A DNA stretch of 62,281 bases, counting the filler, from Basidiobolus ranarum (lineage: Eukaryota): assembly GCA_040143965.1 (NCBI GenBank). It is 16 parts of 16 records of this genome, joined end to end, with 100 filler letters (N's around TTAATTAATTAA, not from the genome) between each part and the next. Parts side by side here need not be neighbours in the genome. Positions count along the whole stretch, not along the records: positions 23,452 to 27,254 come from JASJQH010009154.1; positions 27,355 to 31,154 come from JASJQH010009155.1; positions 31,255 to 35,052 come from JASJQH010009156.1; positions 35,153 to 38,949 come from JASJQH010009157.1; 12 more parts are not named here. One strand, given 5' to 3'. Within the stretch, counting starts at the first letter, position 1, and every line of letters begins with the position of its first letter. The translations under genes and the position numbers were made by a program. Below, piece by piece: positions 23,996-35,441 of this stretch. The notes below the pieces were generated by a model. The model was not told where the DNA came from. It did no database searches and worked only from the letters and a program-made list of their open reading frames with translations.

Positions 23996-25420
23996 ATGCA
24001 AATCAAAGCCAGCTTCGCTCTTCTTACTCTAGCTCTATCTTTACTGGTAGAGGCAAAACAGGAATCTGAATGGTTGCAACGCAAGATCACTACCAAAGGT
24101 CTTCTTCGTCATACTGACAACTTCCAGAAGTTCTCTAAGGTATATAAAGGGACCAGAGTGTTCTCCACTCCAGGTCACAAATTGACCTTGAAATATCTTG
24201 AGGGAAACCTTAAAAAGGCTGGTTTCAATGTTTACCGTCATCCCTTTGTGAGCACTTACTCAGAGACAATCTATGCTAAAGCCGCCGCCGTTGTAAAGGG
24301 TAAAAAACAAGAATTCCCAGTCTTTGGTTTAGCCTACACCAAATCCACTCACAAGAATGGAATCCAAGCCGAGGTTGTGAACATCCCAAATAAGGTGGGT
24401 CAAGAGCTTTCTTTCGGTTGCGAGGCAGGTGATTTTGATGGAATAAACGTCAAGGGAAAAATTGCTTTGATTTCTCGTGGCGTATGCTCGGCTAACATTA
24501 AATCCTTGAACGCAGCTAATGCTGGGGCTAAAGCAGCGCTTATTTACAACGATGCTGATCAAGAATATCGCGGGCGTCTTGCTATTAATGGAACTTCGAC
24601 ATTGGTTACAGGTGGGCTTAGTAAAGCTTCCGGTAATGCGATCGTTGAGTTGCTTAAGCAAGGCCCACTCAAACTTGATCTCACCATCATTGAGAAAGTG
24701 GAAAATCGAACCACGCATAATATCATTGCTGAGACTAGGGGTGGCGATCCTAATCATGTCGTTTTTCTTGGGGCTCATAGTGATTCAGTGTGGGCCGGAC
24801 CAGGAATCAACGATAACGGATCAGGATCAGCAGCATTGTTAGAAGTAGCACTAAACCTGGGTGGAAGGTATAAAGTTAAAAATAAGGTTCGTTTTGGTTG
24901 GTTTTCAGCAGAAGAGTACGGATTACTCGGCTCATATGCATATGTGGACTCACTCAGTGCTGAAAAGCGCAAGAAGATCGCGTTGATGTTAAATTTCGAC
25001 ATGATTGCCAGTCCTAATTATGTTCTCCGAATCTACAACAAAAATGCTGATGGCGGGGTTAGTCCTGCAGGTTCTGAAGTAATTACTCAAGACTTCGAGA
25101 AAGATTTCCAGGCCAAAAGCATACCTTATGAAAGCGTACCATTCCCTTACTCTGGATCAGATATTGGACCTTTTGCTGCTGCAGGAATTCCTTCTGGTGG
25201 CTTAATATCAGGCGCATCGGGGATCAAAACTGAAGCACAAGTTAAAATCTTTGGTGGAACTGCAGGAAAGCCATTGGATGAATGTTATCACCTTGCCTGT
25301 GATACTACCAAAAATCTTAATGCCAAGGCTTTCTTGATTAACTCCAGAAGTATCGCCGATGCTGTGTATCGGTACTCGCAAGATGTATCGGCAGTAGTGA
25401 AGGCAAGTGGCCGCCATTAA
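23996..25420 (+). CDS. Secreted PA-domain M28 aminopeptidase (aminopeptidase Y / LAP2-like), 474 aa
   Basis: Signal peptide; PA domain KGKIALISRGVC...AGAKAALIYN; metal-ligand motifs GAHSDSV, GINDNGSG, AEEYGLLGS, LNFDMIAS, CYHLACDT; intronless. Confidence 0.96.
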   Translation: MQIKASFALLTLALSLLVEAKQESEWLQRKITTKGLLRHTDNFQKFSKVYKGTRVFSTPGHKLTLKYLEGNLKKAGFNVYRHPFVSTYSETIYAKAAAVVKGKKQEFPVFGLAYTKSTHKNGIQAEVVNIPNKVGQELSFGCEAGDFDGINVKGKIALISRGVCSANIKSLNAANAGAKAALIYNDADQEYRGRLAINGTSTLVTGGLSKASGNAIVELLKQGPLKLDLTIIEKVENRTTHNIIAETRGGDPNHVVFLGAHSDSVWAGPGINDNGSGSAALLEVALNLGGRYKVKNKVRFGWFSAEEYGLLGSYAYVDSLSAEKRKKIALMLNFDMIASPNYVLRIYNKNADGGVSPAGSEVITQDFEKDFQAKSIPYESVPFPYSGSDIGPFAAAGIPSGGLISGASGIKTEAQVKIFGGTAGKPLDECYHLACDTTKNLNAKAFLINSRSIADAVYRYSQDVSAVVKASGRH

Positions 25421-25789
25421 CTTGCTACCTTTTACTCTGGCATATGTGAAATATGACTAAATTAACTATTTAATGCATTGCATCGCAATAAATACACACT
25501 CATTCCAATTTCTAATGCATCCCAAGTGCAATAATACTCTATTTCTATGCTATAACTCATTTTGCATCAATCAATGACCAATTCTCGATACTTACTTACC
25601 TAACCCTAACCCTCCAATTCTGGATAAATCTTCAGGTGGGCAGGGGAAACAACTACCAGGCTAAAGAAACTAATGAGTATAAATGAAGGAAGGGTAATTT
25701 TATACTGACACAAATACTCAATCTACTTGTAATCTCATTTTATTATATTCCTCTTTCAAGAAAATTGGCTCTGTAGAATTACAAAAGCA

Positions 25790-26927
25790 ATGGATTTTTG
25801 TTTAAGATCACTTGTTCATATCTGCTCTATCTATGACTACCAACAAGGATTCACAGACATGGCATATTCATTCTGGAGCCTCCCAACATTTCACAAATGA
25901 AAAACATGGGTTTGTGGATTATGAAGAAATCCCAATTAGAAAGGTTTCCATGGGAGATGACTGCATATTGGATACCATTGGATTAGGAACAATTCAAGTC
26001 AATTTAACTGGAGCTTCTGAAAAAATGTGTATACTTATAAGGATTTACTACATGTTTCAGATATTGCCAAGAATTTAATATCTATATGCAAGGCCACCTC
26101 AGAAGGGCTAAAATTCAATTTCAATAGTTCAGGATGCACCATTACTGATCAAAATGGGAATTATTTAGCTTTGGGAGAAAAGGATCATAACTTATATAAA
26201 TTTACATATAATCCAAGAGGTTTATGTATAAATATAAGTTATTCCAATCCAGAAACTGTTCAATTATGGCACAAGAGATTTGGCCATATTGGATTTGATT
26301 ATTTGAGCAAAATGATCAAAAACTGCTTAATTTCTGGAATTCAAGTTAAATCTCCAACCAAAATGGAAAATTTTGAGGGTTGTACATATGGAAAACAAGT
26401 CAGGCAACCATTCAAGAGCTCTGACTTAATCAGATCTGTCACAAAATTGGATCTAATTCATTCAGATTTGTGTGGACCTATGCAATACTTATCTTTAGGT
26501 GGAAAAAGATATTAATCACATTTATTGATGATTATACAAGACACACTTAGGGCTACTATATGGAAAGAAAAAAAGAAGCTCTCTCTTTCTTTAGAGATTT
26601 TAAAACACTTGTGGAGACTGACAGTGGAATTAATACTAGGAAAATAAATACTGATAATTGTGGAAAATATACTTTAACACTATTTAAGCACTTTTGCAAA
26701 GTTGCTAGAATTGAGCAAGAAACCACTGGCCCTTATTCATCTCAACAAAATAGAGTTGCTGAAAGAGCTAACAGGACTATAATAGAAATGGCAAGATCTA
26801 TGATAAATGCACAAATATTTTCTCAAAACTTTTGGGCAGAATCTGTGGCTATAGCTATATATCTGAGGAATAGGAGTTTTATTAGAAGTCTGTCTAACTC
26901 TACACCATATCAAGCTTGGTTCAGAGT
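25790..26927 (+). mobile_element. Copia family A protease, GAG-pre-integrase and integrase, degenerate
   Basis: WHIHSGASQH, LWHKRFGH, HSDLCGPM, FIDDYTR, QQNRVAERANRTIIEMARSM; stops and frameshifts. Confidence 0.93.
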
Positions 26928-27254
26928 TGTTGGAGGATCTTGACATAATGGGGGTAGACTTTGAGTATTAGAAGCAACTTATAATAGTGTGTTTTAGTTA
27001 CTTTATTCTTAAGAGTATATGGTACTTATTGTTGAAGTCTATTGTCTTTATCATGTTTGTTATCTCTATCTTTATACACCTAACTATTTCATATATCACC
27101 TACAAGTTAGCTAACATTACTTAGTCAAATATCTCTTGACTGCAAATCAGAACATATATTATATATATATGTGAATAATGTGAGAATTAGCAATTCCATA
27201 TTGGAAATTTCAAACTCATCCAAATTGCCCCAAAGATAGCTCATTTTACTCCCA
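26928..27254. mobile_element. Nested LTRs: family D end (minus, 26928-27029) interrupted by family C start (plus, 27030-27254)
   Basis: 26928 matches 38232 onward; 27030 matches 37315, 40063 and 53962 onward. Confidence 0.88.
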
Positions 27255-27354
27255 NNNNNNNNNNNNNNNNNNNNNNNNNNNNNNNNNNNNNNNNNNNNTT
27301 AATTAATTAANNNNNNNNNNNNNNNNNNNNNNNNNNNNNNNNNNNNNNNNNNNN

Positions 27355-28985
27355 AACGGTGTCACACGTCGTCATTCTAGCGCAGATGACCGGTTTGCCG
27401 AGCATATGCGTACTGCCGCTGACATGCGTGCGCAGCGTACTGAGCGCCAAAAGCGAGAAACTGGACGTAGATTATCTAATGCCAAAGCGATCGATGCTTC
27501 TAGCTCTAGTAAAAACCCATCAGCTACCGACTTGATACGAGATAAAATCATTCATCAAATGATGGCATTAGAGGATGCTAGAATAGCCAAAATGAAACTT
27601 GAAGGAATTGGTAGCGGTGTTGGCGGTGACGGTGGAGAGGGTGGAGGAGGAGAGACTCTCGAGGATAACGGTGATATATTGGAGAGCGTTAAACATAAAG
27701 ACGATCCCAGTGGTCTGTGAAATTTTAACACCCATCAAACATACGCTAGGATCTAACCTGATCTCAAATACATTAGCTGCCATTTTTCAAGAAGACTGGA
27801 GTGCTAAGAGAGAACGAATTCGTGAATCTTCACCGTATGGAGCTCATCCCAACTGGCAGCTCTTCTCGGTGATTGTAAAAACTGGCGCAGATTTGAGACA
27901 AGAGCAACTGGCACTCCAACTGATTCTTGTTATGCAGAAGATATGGAAAGAAGCTAACGTTGATGTCTGGGTGAAATAGTATGATTGTTTAAGTAATAGT
28001 ACCAATTAGTGTAAGCTAATTTATTCTTCAACAGCTACCGTATATTGGTTACCTCTGGTTCATCCGGATTTGTTGAAACCATTAAAAACACCATATCAGT
28101 GCATTCGCTTAAAAAAGAAGGTTACACCAAGCGACTTAATCAACATGGAGTTGTTTTTACCTTATACGATTACTTCGTACAGGTGCTCTACATTTGTTGA
28201 CTTCATGTTTATCCTCTCATATCGGTAACAATGCTTCTTCGTTAACGTTATAGAAATTTGGAACCCCTGATTCTCCCTCATTCCTAGATGCCCAAGATAA
28301 TTTCATGCGTAGCTTAGTTGGATATTCGTTAGTGTGCTATATTTTGCACCTTAAAGACAGGCAAGTGTGGATCTTCAATCATCAATCGCCTTGTCTTTAC
28401 CGTTAATTTCATCGAATATTTAGGCATAATGGAAATGTTCTCCTCGATACAGAAGGTCATCTCGTTCGTTAGTACAAGTTTCAGGATATTTTATTCAATT
28501 CCAGTAATCTAACATTTACTTCAAGATATTGATTTCGGATTTATGCTATCTAATTCGCCTGGCTCTGTTGGTTTTGAGATGGCTCCTTTCAAGTTAACTC
28601 AAGAATATTTGGATGTTCTAGGAGGAGTTGAGAGTGAAAAATTTGCAGAATTCAAGACTCTATTTAAACAAGGATTTCTTTCTCTTCGCAAGTTTGCAGA
28701 TAATATTATTCTGCTGGTAGAAATAATGCAGAAAGGTAAATAGTCGATTTTCATATAAATGAGATTGTTTACTGATGGTTTTACACACTAAATTAAGATT
28801 CAAGTCTTCCATGCTTTTCCAACACTGGTGAGTCTACTGTTGCCGCTTTACGTGATCGTTTCCAGCTCTCTTTGACTGAAACACAAATCGATGAATACTT
28901 GGAAAAGCTAATTATCAGCAGTTGTTGTAATGTGTTTACTCGCTTATACGATACTTTCCAATACTATTCCAATGGAATCTTGTAA
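27355..28985 (+). CDS. PIK1: Phosphatidylinositol 4-kinase Pik1 (PI4KIII-beta), 3' part with six introns
   Basis: Spliced KDDPSA, EDWSAKRERIRESSPYG, VIVKTGADLRQEQLA, KDRHNGNVL, HIDFGFMLSNSPG, FEMAPFKLT, TRLYDTFQYYSNGIL; stop at 28983-28985. Confidence 0.96.
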
Positions 28986-29447
28986 GTTTGTTCTTGAGCA
29001 CCTACGAAATCTAAGTCCGTCTGATTGTATTCTTTTGACGTCCGGCTCCAGAAAATTACCAACTCTTCACAGTCACATTGAGAGTCATATACGTCTCTCT
29101 CCGTTCACTTCGTTTGTTTGAATTTCGACCATCAGCCATACCATGTCATTCTTATTTGATTACCCTTTACGCAAATTCCTATTTCCCCCAATACAAAACT
29201 AAAATATGGCCTTACCGCGTTCTTCATGTTTTTCTATATTTAAATCAGCAGAGATTGTAAGTCCAAGGATATCTGTTTACATTCTCGTTCCCTCTTTTTC
29301 TTTGATAAGAGTGTCTTGTTAACATCTCCATGACTTATCCAAATGTATTTTTAATGTTTATTATTTATCATAAATGGAGGCTTACTAAAGTAAATTATAT
29401 AAAACTAATGACCAGAGTATTGTAATGTAATTGATAAATCGGACACT

Positions 29448-30914
29448 TTACAACCTGTAAGTGACAATGTTGAGATCATTTCGGTGAACATCCCAAGCAA
29501 ATCGCTCACCTAATACGATGGCTACTTGAGTCCAGAATATATTGGATTGGAATGCATAATCAATTTTCAACTGCCTCAAGGCTTTTTTAGCACCAAGATG
29601 TCGAATTACTAGAGGAGTAACTGCAGTGTGACCTAAATCTAAATATTGCAGCTCCTTCCATATGTTAATCACTTTACAGAGTGTTACTTCAGTCAAGTAG
29701 GGGTTGCTTTCTTGTGGATGTCCGAGTTTAAGTCTTTGTAAGCGAACACATTTACTCGCTAGCAGTTCGAGATCAGCCAGGGTGAACGAGAGGAGACTGA
29801 ACCCAAGATTTCTCAAATTTGGACAATAGTTTACCAAAGCTCTAACGAGTTCAGTTTGAAGCTGAGCATCTACAGAAATATTCAGTGTTTGAAGTGTTTC
29901 TCCAGAGTTTTTACACAAAGAAACCACTTTTGAACTTGTGATGGCAGTTTCCCTTAGAGTTAAGTGTTTGAGAGATTTGAAGGAGCCTTCCGGTGTTAAA
30001 AGTCCCTCATTTGTAAGTCGATGACAGTTCGTGATTTCAAGGGATTCCAGTCGTGGAAACGCCCCCAACTCATTCAAGAAACCAAGCTGGTTACACCATA
30101 TAAACCTTACTACCAGCAGATTATTTCTATGGTGTACGTAGAGTGCTTCGAGGGTTTGTTCAAAGGAAGTCTCCTGTGATCTTTCTATTAAAAGCTCTTG
30201 AAATGAGTTTGGGCGTTGTCTTCGTATGAGAAATGCTAGATCAGTGTCTGTGAATGTGCTTTTGGCTCGGAGATGGAGTACTCTTAGATTTCGACAACAT
30301 TGCCCAATATCAAGGATATTTTGAGAGGATAAAATGTTGGGTTGGCTCTTACTAAAATGGATTTCTAAACGTCGTAATTTACTATATTGAATTTCGTCAC
30401 TTAAAGAAAACAACTGCTTATTAAATGCAAACTCGTCGCATACTAGAGCCTCCAAGCGTTGCGAATATCTAGATACCTCAAATATACTCCACTGAATTTT
30501 ATCTTTTTCGTAGGCTCCATAAGTAGAGGAGAATTCGTCCCATAAGTAGCCTATGTAGAGAAAGTCTAACTGACGTAAACAATTTAGATATCCAATCTGA
30601 TTCCCGTACTGTCTACGATATTCATCGCTGACAAGGGTAAGTATTAGTAATTGTATGCGGAACGAGATGTCTACAGCTTCTTCCTCTAGCTGAAACTCCT
30701 CGGAGTATTCAGAAGCCCCCAATGAGCGTAGAAAATCAAAAGGTTTAGAATACAATACTTGCATGCCTCGCTCACACCATTGTTTGCTTACTTGGCAGCA
30801 AGTATTCAAACTTTCACAATCTATCTGTAGCCATTTGAAAATCGAATCGAGTATGTCAGAAGAAAGTTGGATAGAATTCTCTCGTGAACGATGAAAATGG
30901 GACGGATAAAGCAT
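29448..30914 (-). CDS. F-box / RNI-like leucine-rich-repeat protein (~488 aa from the first ATG)
   Basis: LSSDILDSIFKWL...CCQVSKQWC...LYSKPF F-box-like start; Cys-containing LRRs (CRNLRVLHL, LESLEITNCHRLT, CPNLRNL); long intact intronless frame. Confidence 0.88.
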   Translation of the reverse strand: MLYPSHFHRSRENSIQLSSDILDSIFKWLQIDCESLNTCCQVSKQWCERGMQVLYSKPFDFLRSLGASEYSEEFQLEEEAVDISFRIQLLILTLVSDEYRRQYGNQIGYLNCLRQLDFLYIGYLWDEFSSTYGAYEKDKIQWSIFEVSRYSQRLEALVCDEFAFNKQLFSLSDEIQYSKLRRLEIHFSKSQPNILSSQNILDIGQCCRNLRVLHLRAKSTFTDTDLAFLIRRQRPNSFQELLIERSQETSFEQTLEALYVHHRNNLLVVRFIWCNQLGFLNELGAFPRLESLEITNCHRLTNEGLLTPEGSFKSLKHLTLRETAITSSKVVSLCKNSGETLQTLNISVDAQLQTELVRALVNYCPNLRNLGFSLLSFTLADLELLASKCVRLQRLKLGHPQESNPYLTEVTLCKVINIWKELQYLDLGHTAVTPLVIRHLGAKKALRQLKIDYAFQSNIFWTQVAIVLGERFAWDVHRNDLNIVTYRL

Positions 30915-31979
30915 ATAGTTAACATAAAAGTTGGGAGGCGAATAAGGATGAATTGTCAAGTGCTTCTGAGGTAATCTTCTGTAGTCAATACTGCACCTAC
31001 ATTTCCTTAAATCCAGGAGTGACTGCGCAAAAAAATGGATTCAAAATTGACTATCCAATCTCATGACATTTATCCCATATATATGTGGAGAGAGATCACC
31101 AAAACCAGAGATCAATGTTGAGGGTTCCTGGTAGATTATCCAATCATCTTCACANNNNNNNNNNNNNNNNNNNNNNNNNNNNNNNNNNNNNNNNNNNNTT
31201 AATTAATTAANNNNNNNNNNNNNNNNNNNNNNNNNNNNNNNNNNNNNNNNNNNNTCTTCCAACAGATTAGTTTCATTTTACTTGGCAACTTCAGCCTCAA
31301 TAGGAATGGATGATACTACCAAGCTTCTCCCACTTTAGCTCTCCAATTGTGGTTATCCTTGTGATCTAAATGATTGGCTATTTATTACCAGAGGGCAATA
31401 TTTGAATATTCCAAGTATTCCCAAAAAATACTGCATCGATCACTAGGGCTTCGCTCTTGCTATCGTGTCACATATCTTCGGGTTACTCCGAGCGAACAAG
31501 AAATAGGTAATTAATTCGGACACTTTTACTGGGAATGTACATCCATCTCACATTCCATTCCAGAGCATATTACGTCTTTAATTAGCCATATCATTATTAA
31601 GGTAATATTTATTCTATACAAGATTGCAATGCTTGTGAAACTAATCCAGATCACACCTGCAGGCAGATCGCGAGGGGAAACCATGTTATATCGAAAATGT
31701 TCATGACAATCTCACATCGCTTTATAAGCATCTTGGGTTTTTTATCGTAGGAAAGTTTCATTTGGGAACATATCGCAAAGTGACCGTGACTTGCCTGATC
31801 CGAGAAACAAGAGATCTAGCGCGAATAACAAGTGAATTGTAATAAATGCATGATATACCGGTTTAACAACTAAAATGCCAGATTTGCACCAAGTTACCAA
31901 TGTAAGATTGTTACCAGTAGAGATGAAACCTATATTATGTCAGCAAAAAGTATACATTTGTCTAGTGCATAGGGCAGTG

Positions 31980-33122
31980 CTACAAGCTGTGAATTTCTGA
32001 GGGCTCACACCATTTGTGAGTAGATTGAATCATCGCTAGAAACGCCTCCATGGTGTAATGTGCATCATTCCCTTTAAAAATAAAGGTGTGAATATTGGCT
32101 CAATAAATCAGGATTTTAAAGAAACACTCACCAGCATTATGTAAATACTCATGTTCTATACCGAACTCATCTAAAATTTTAGAAAGCTTTCGCCTTTGAT
32201 TGTTCTTCGTCAAGGCCATGTATAAATTCGACGTATCGAAAACCTCACTAGGTTCCGAGATTTTGGCCCCCATCTCTCTCAAATACTCCAAGTCATTCTT
32301 CACGTCGTGACCCACCAAAATGGTTGGATAACCACTATCCCAATCTGCTTCCAACTTAGTAGCGGTGTTTAACAACGAAGTGTATACTGACTCTCCGAAC
32401 GTAAACTGCTCCTTGTTATCGGCTACGTACCTTCCATTGCGCAAATGTAGGTTCTCCCGGATGATGTAATGCTTATCCGAGAATGTGTTTTTGACTGAAT
32501 TGTACATTGTCCACCCCACCTCAGTGATGAATGAGTGGTCCACCTCGTATGATTCAACATCGATAGCAAAAAACATGAATTTTTTTTGCTCAATAGCTTG
32601 TTGCGCCTTTCTTAAGGACAGTAAAGTACGACGTTCTTGTTCAGCTCTTTTGATATCTTTGTTACATCTAGAGAGTTCTTTTAGTAAACGGTAATAAGTT
32701 GATCGACAATCTATCTCCACTTTTTCCACCTCCTTACACGTCTCTGTTAAACGAACTGAGGGTAACTTTTTCTTTATCAAGGACTCTATTCCTTTTTTCA
32801 CCTCCAAATAAGCACCTTTAGACAAGAGTAAATGACGAAGAGAATCCTTTTGACTGGTGCCTTAAGAGAAAATGGTATGAAAAATAACGATATGTTTAGA
32901 TTTTGGTTGTTAAAGTGAAAGTAGATAAATGGAATGAATACCTAAGTAAAAGGTTTTATTACTTCCACCAGTATAAATTTCTGGAACTTTCAACTGTCGC
33001 GTGACAATATCCTTTAAAGCGGTATTTTGCTTTAAAGCACGCGTCCATGCTTTCTCTAATATCTCCACTCGGTATAATACTGGTACCTCGTCGGTCACAG
33101 GGGCTATTATTCCAGCAGGCAT
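31980..33122 (-). CDS. Gfd2/YDR514C-like (QIP-related) DEDD-fold exonuclease; introns 32861-32941 and 32072-32131
   Basis: FFAIDVESYE..ITEVGW, NGRYVADNK..FTFGES, ILVGHDVKNDL, FDT, spliced LHNAG|NDAHYTM; both GT-AG introns keep the frame. Confidence 0.88.
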
Positions 33123-33443
33123 ATTGAAGATAACGCGTGTTTGGAGGTATCACTTAAAGAGTGGGAGTATTCTGTACGGACTGACTGATAATTCACTTGA
33201 AAGTAAACCTCAAGTGATTGTTTCCAAATCAAAGGGATTGAAGTACTGCTAAAAAGGTAACATCATATCTATAAAAAAAAATATTGATATTTTTCATCTC
33301 AATTTGGTAAATCCAACGTGTTATCAAAATATTGAAAAAATAAAAAAAATCCATATCTCAATACACTCCGTCATAATTATCCATTATCCAAGTGCATCCG
33401 TGTTTATTAGCCAACTTTACCAAGCTCACACATAAATACGAAA

Positions 33444-33903
33444 ATGAATCTAGAAGTAAACACGAAAAAAGCTAAACTCGCTCAACTTGAACATGAGGTG
33501 TGGTCAATTCTTCTATGGTTATAGATATATTTTAAAAACAAAGAGAATGGCTAACTTACTTCGGTTTAGCTACAAGAAGTGAACATTTTAAATGGGGAAC
33601 TTTCCAGCTTAAAGCCTAAAAGTGTAAGCATTTCAATTATTTTCAACATCGTTTATCCATTTATTCATGTATTCTTTCTCCGTAGCGTGTTTATGAAAAA
33701 TGGACTTCTACCAGTACCCTTTTCTTTTTAGCAGATAAACGTGCTAACGTCACCTCGAACAAGAAAAGTTGGTGTTTATTGTTGGATACTTTCTTTTAAG
33801 GATGAACGTTTAACAGCTTCTATTTTATTTAGAGCAAGAAATTCAATTAGCAAACGAGATCAAACGGTTGAAAGAAGATATTACAAAGTTGGAAAAGAAC
33901 TAG
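33444..33903 (+). CDS. ASDURF: ASDURF-like prefoldin-beta microprotein, 86 aa, 4 exons (33444-33497, 33570-33623, 33686-33767, 33833-33903)
   Basis: Three GT-AG introns of 62-72 bp give MNLEVNTKKAKLAQLEHELQEVNILNGELSSLKPKSRVYEKWTSTSTLFFLADKRANVTSNKKKQEIQLANEIKRLKEDITKLEKN; the core resembles human ASDURF ELSNLKKNRKVY...NIFFLADR as I recall it. Confidence 0.7.
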
Positions 33904-34653
33904 TCTTATTTTACTCTCTTTGATATATCTCTTACTTTACATTCATCTGTCCTGTATGGTAAAAACCATCCAGTACCTTTCCAAATAATCTCGTTCACTT
34001 CCAAACATACGGGAGCCATTACTTTACACTACTAGCAGTTAATGTGTTCTCAATATATAACCAGGTTATCGTGAAAAAGTAGATGGATCATTTTTTCATG
34101 ATATCTTGACTTCTTTGGATAGAATGTATTCCTTAATCATTTATGAGTTAATTCAAAAGTAAAGGGTGACTTGTGAGCGAATGTTACAGTTGTTTATTTG
34201 GATTGTATTTGCATCATTATGGATATGCACCGTCATAGTACATCTCTTCCTATTTTAATATCCAACAATGAGCTATCACACGCATATTTATTTCTACCAA
34301 GAGATTCATATCAACTAGTAACTGCGGATTGGATGTCTGGCTTCTAATGCGAAGTTCCACTAGTCACTATTCTTTAAAGTGACCCCACACGAAAAAGAAA
34401 CCACAGTGGTCTTAGCCAGTGTTGCAGGTATTACAAGCCATCCGACACTGAAGTGAGTAAAATTTGACTTGCAAGAATATTGGTAGGGTATAGTAAGATC
34501 CATTACTATCGCCCAAACTCTAAGCCAACCTAATCAAATCAGTCAAATGGCGTGAACCCCCATATATAATACAACAAATACAGATTTAGAGGAAAGGTAA
34601 GGTGAAGAATAGCTTTATTAATGAAAGAATTAGCCTAAGGTGAGGATATCGAC

Positions 34654-35052
34654 TTATTCGTCCTTAACAATGTTGCCCTTTTCGGAGACATAGATACCAT
34701 CCAAGAACTTACGGATATCCTTGTTCTTAACTCTAGTGGATTGTTGAATAGAAGCAGCGGATTGAGAAACGTTCTCGAGGGAGTTTCCAGAGAGGATGAT
34801 CTCATCCTTTTGGGCTTCGGAATGCTTGATGGTAACACCATCCAACATCTTCACACGACGGATGACCTTCTCACCCAAGAAATTACGTACTTCAACCTCC
34901 TTGCCCTCATCGGAAATGACAACATCGAGGGGGAAATGGTGAACGATTAAGCGCATGTTTTATTCGCAACCCTTAGTAATAGCAGTGATGATGTTGCGAA
35001 TTTGGGAAGCGATGGTGCGAATACATGCAAAAGGCTTTCGTCCTCCGGGCAA
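34654..35052 (-). CDS. RPL9: 60S ribosomal protein L9 (uL6), 3' part, with an apparent in-frame stop at 34960-34962
   Basis: [55 protein letters not shown]; the upstream part near the contig edge is divergent (TKGCE*NMR where TKGFxYKMR is expected). Confidence 0.9.
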
Positions 35053-35152
35053 NNNNNNNNNNNNNNNNNNNNNNNNNNNNNNNNNNNNNNNNNNNNTTAA
35101 TTAATTAANNNNNNNNNNNNNNNNNNNNNNNNNNNNNNNNNNNNNNNNNNNN

Positions 35153-35310
35153 TGTCTTATAATTCACTCAGATATTACCCATTATTCTCAATTGGAATTT
35201 ATCAATAATATTGACACCAACTTAAAAGTTCTCAGATATATAGATTATTCACAAATCCCCAAACTTTGCTCACATGTTCCTGGGACCTTCCTTGACACAT
35301 TCTACAAGTT
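35153..35310 (+). mobile_element. Copia family A LTR fragment
   Basis: TCTTATAATTCACTCAGATATTACCC...CACATGTTCCTGGGACCTTCCTTGACACATTCTAC matches LTR A. Confidence 0.8.
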
Positions 35311-35441
35311 GCCTTATTTATGGATAAGATAGAATAGGAGCTTGGGGAAGCACTGTGCACAGCAAACCAAAGGCCTAATCATGTGCTTTGGTCCAAACTG
35401 AGGGTAGATTTGTTTATGCTGTAAGGAATCAAGTGGGGCAC

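Noticed and set aside
23996..25420. Intronless M28 peptidase as a bacterial horizontal transfer
   Set aside because: PA-M28 aminopeptidases are native to fungi and other host genes here are also intronless; unsupported without a phylogeny.
25598..25614. CCTAACCCTAACCC as a telomeric repeat
   Set aside because: Only about two units and internal to the contig.
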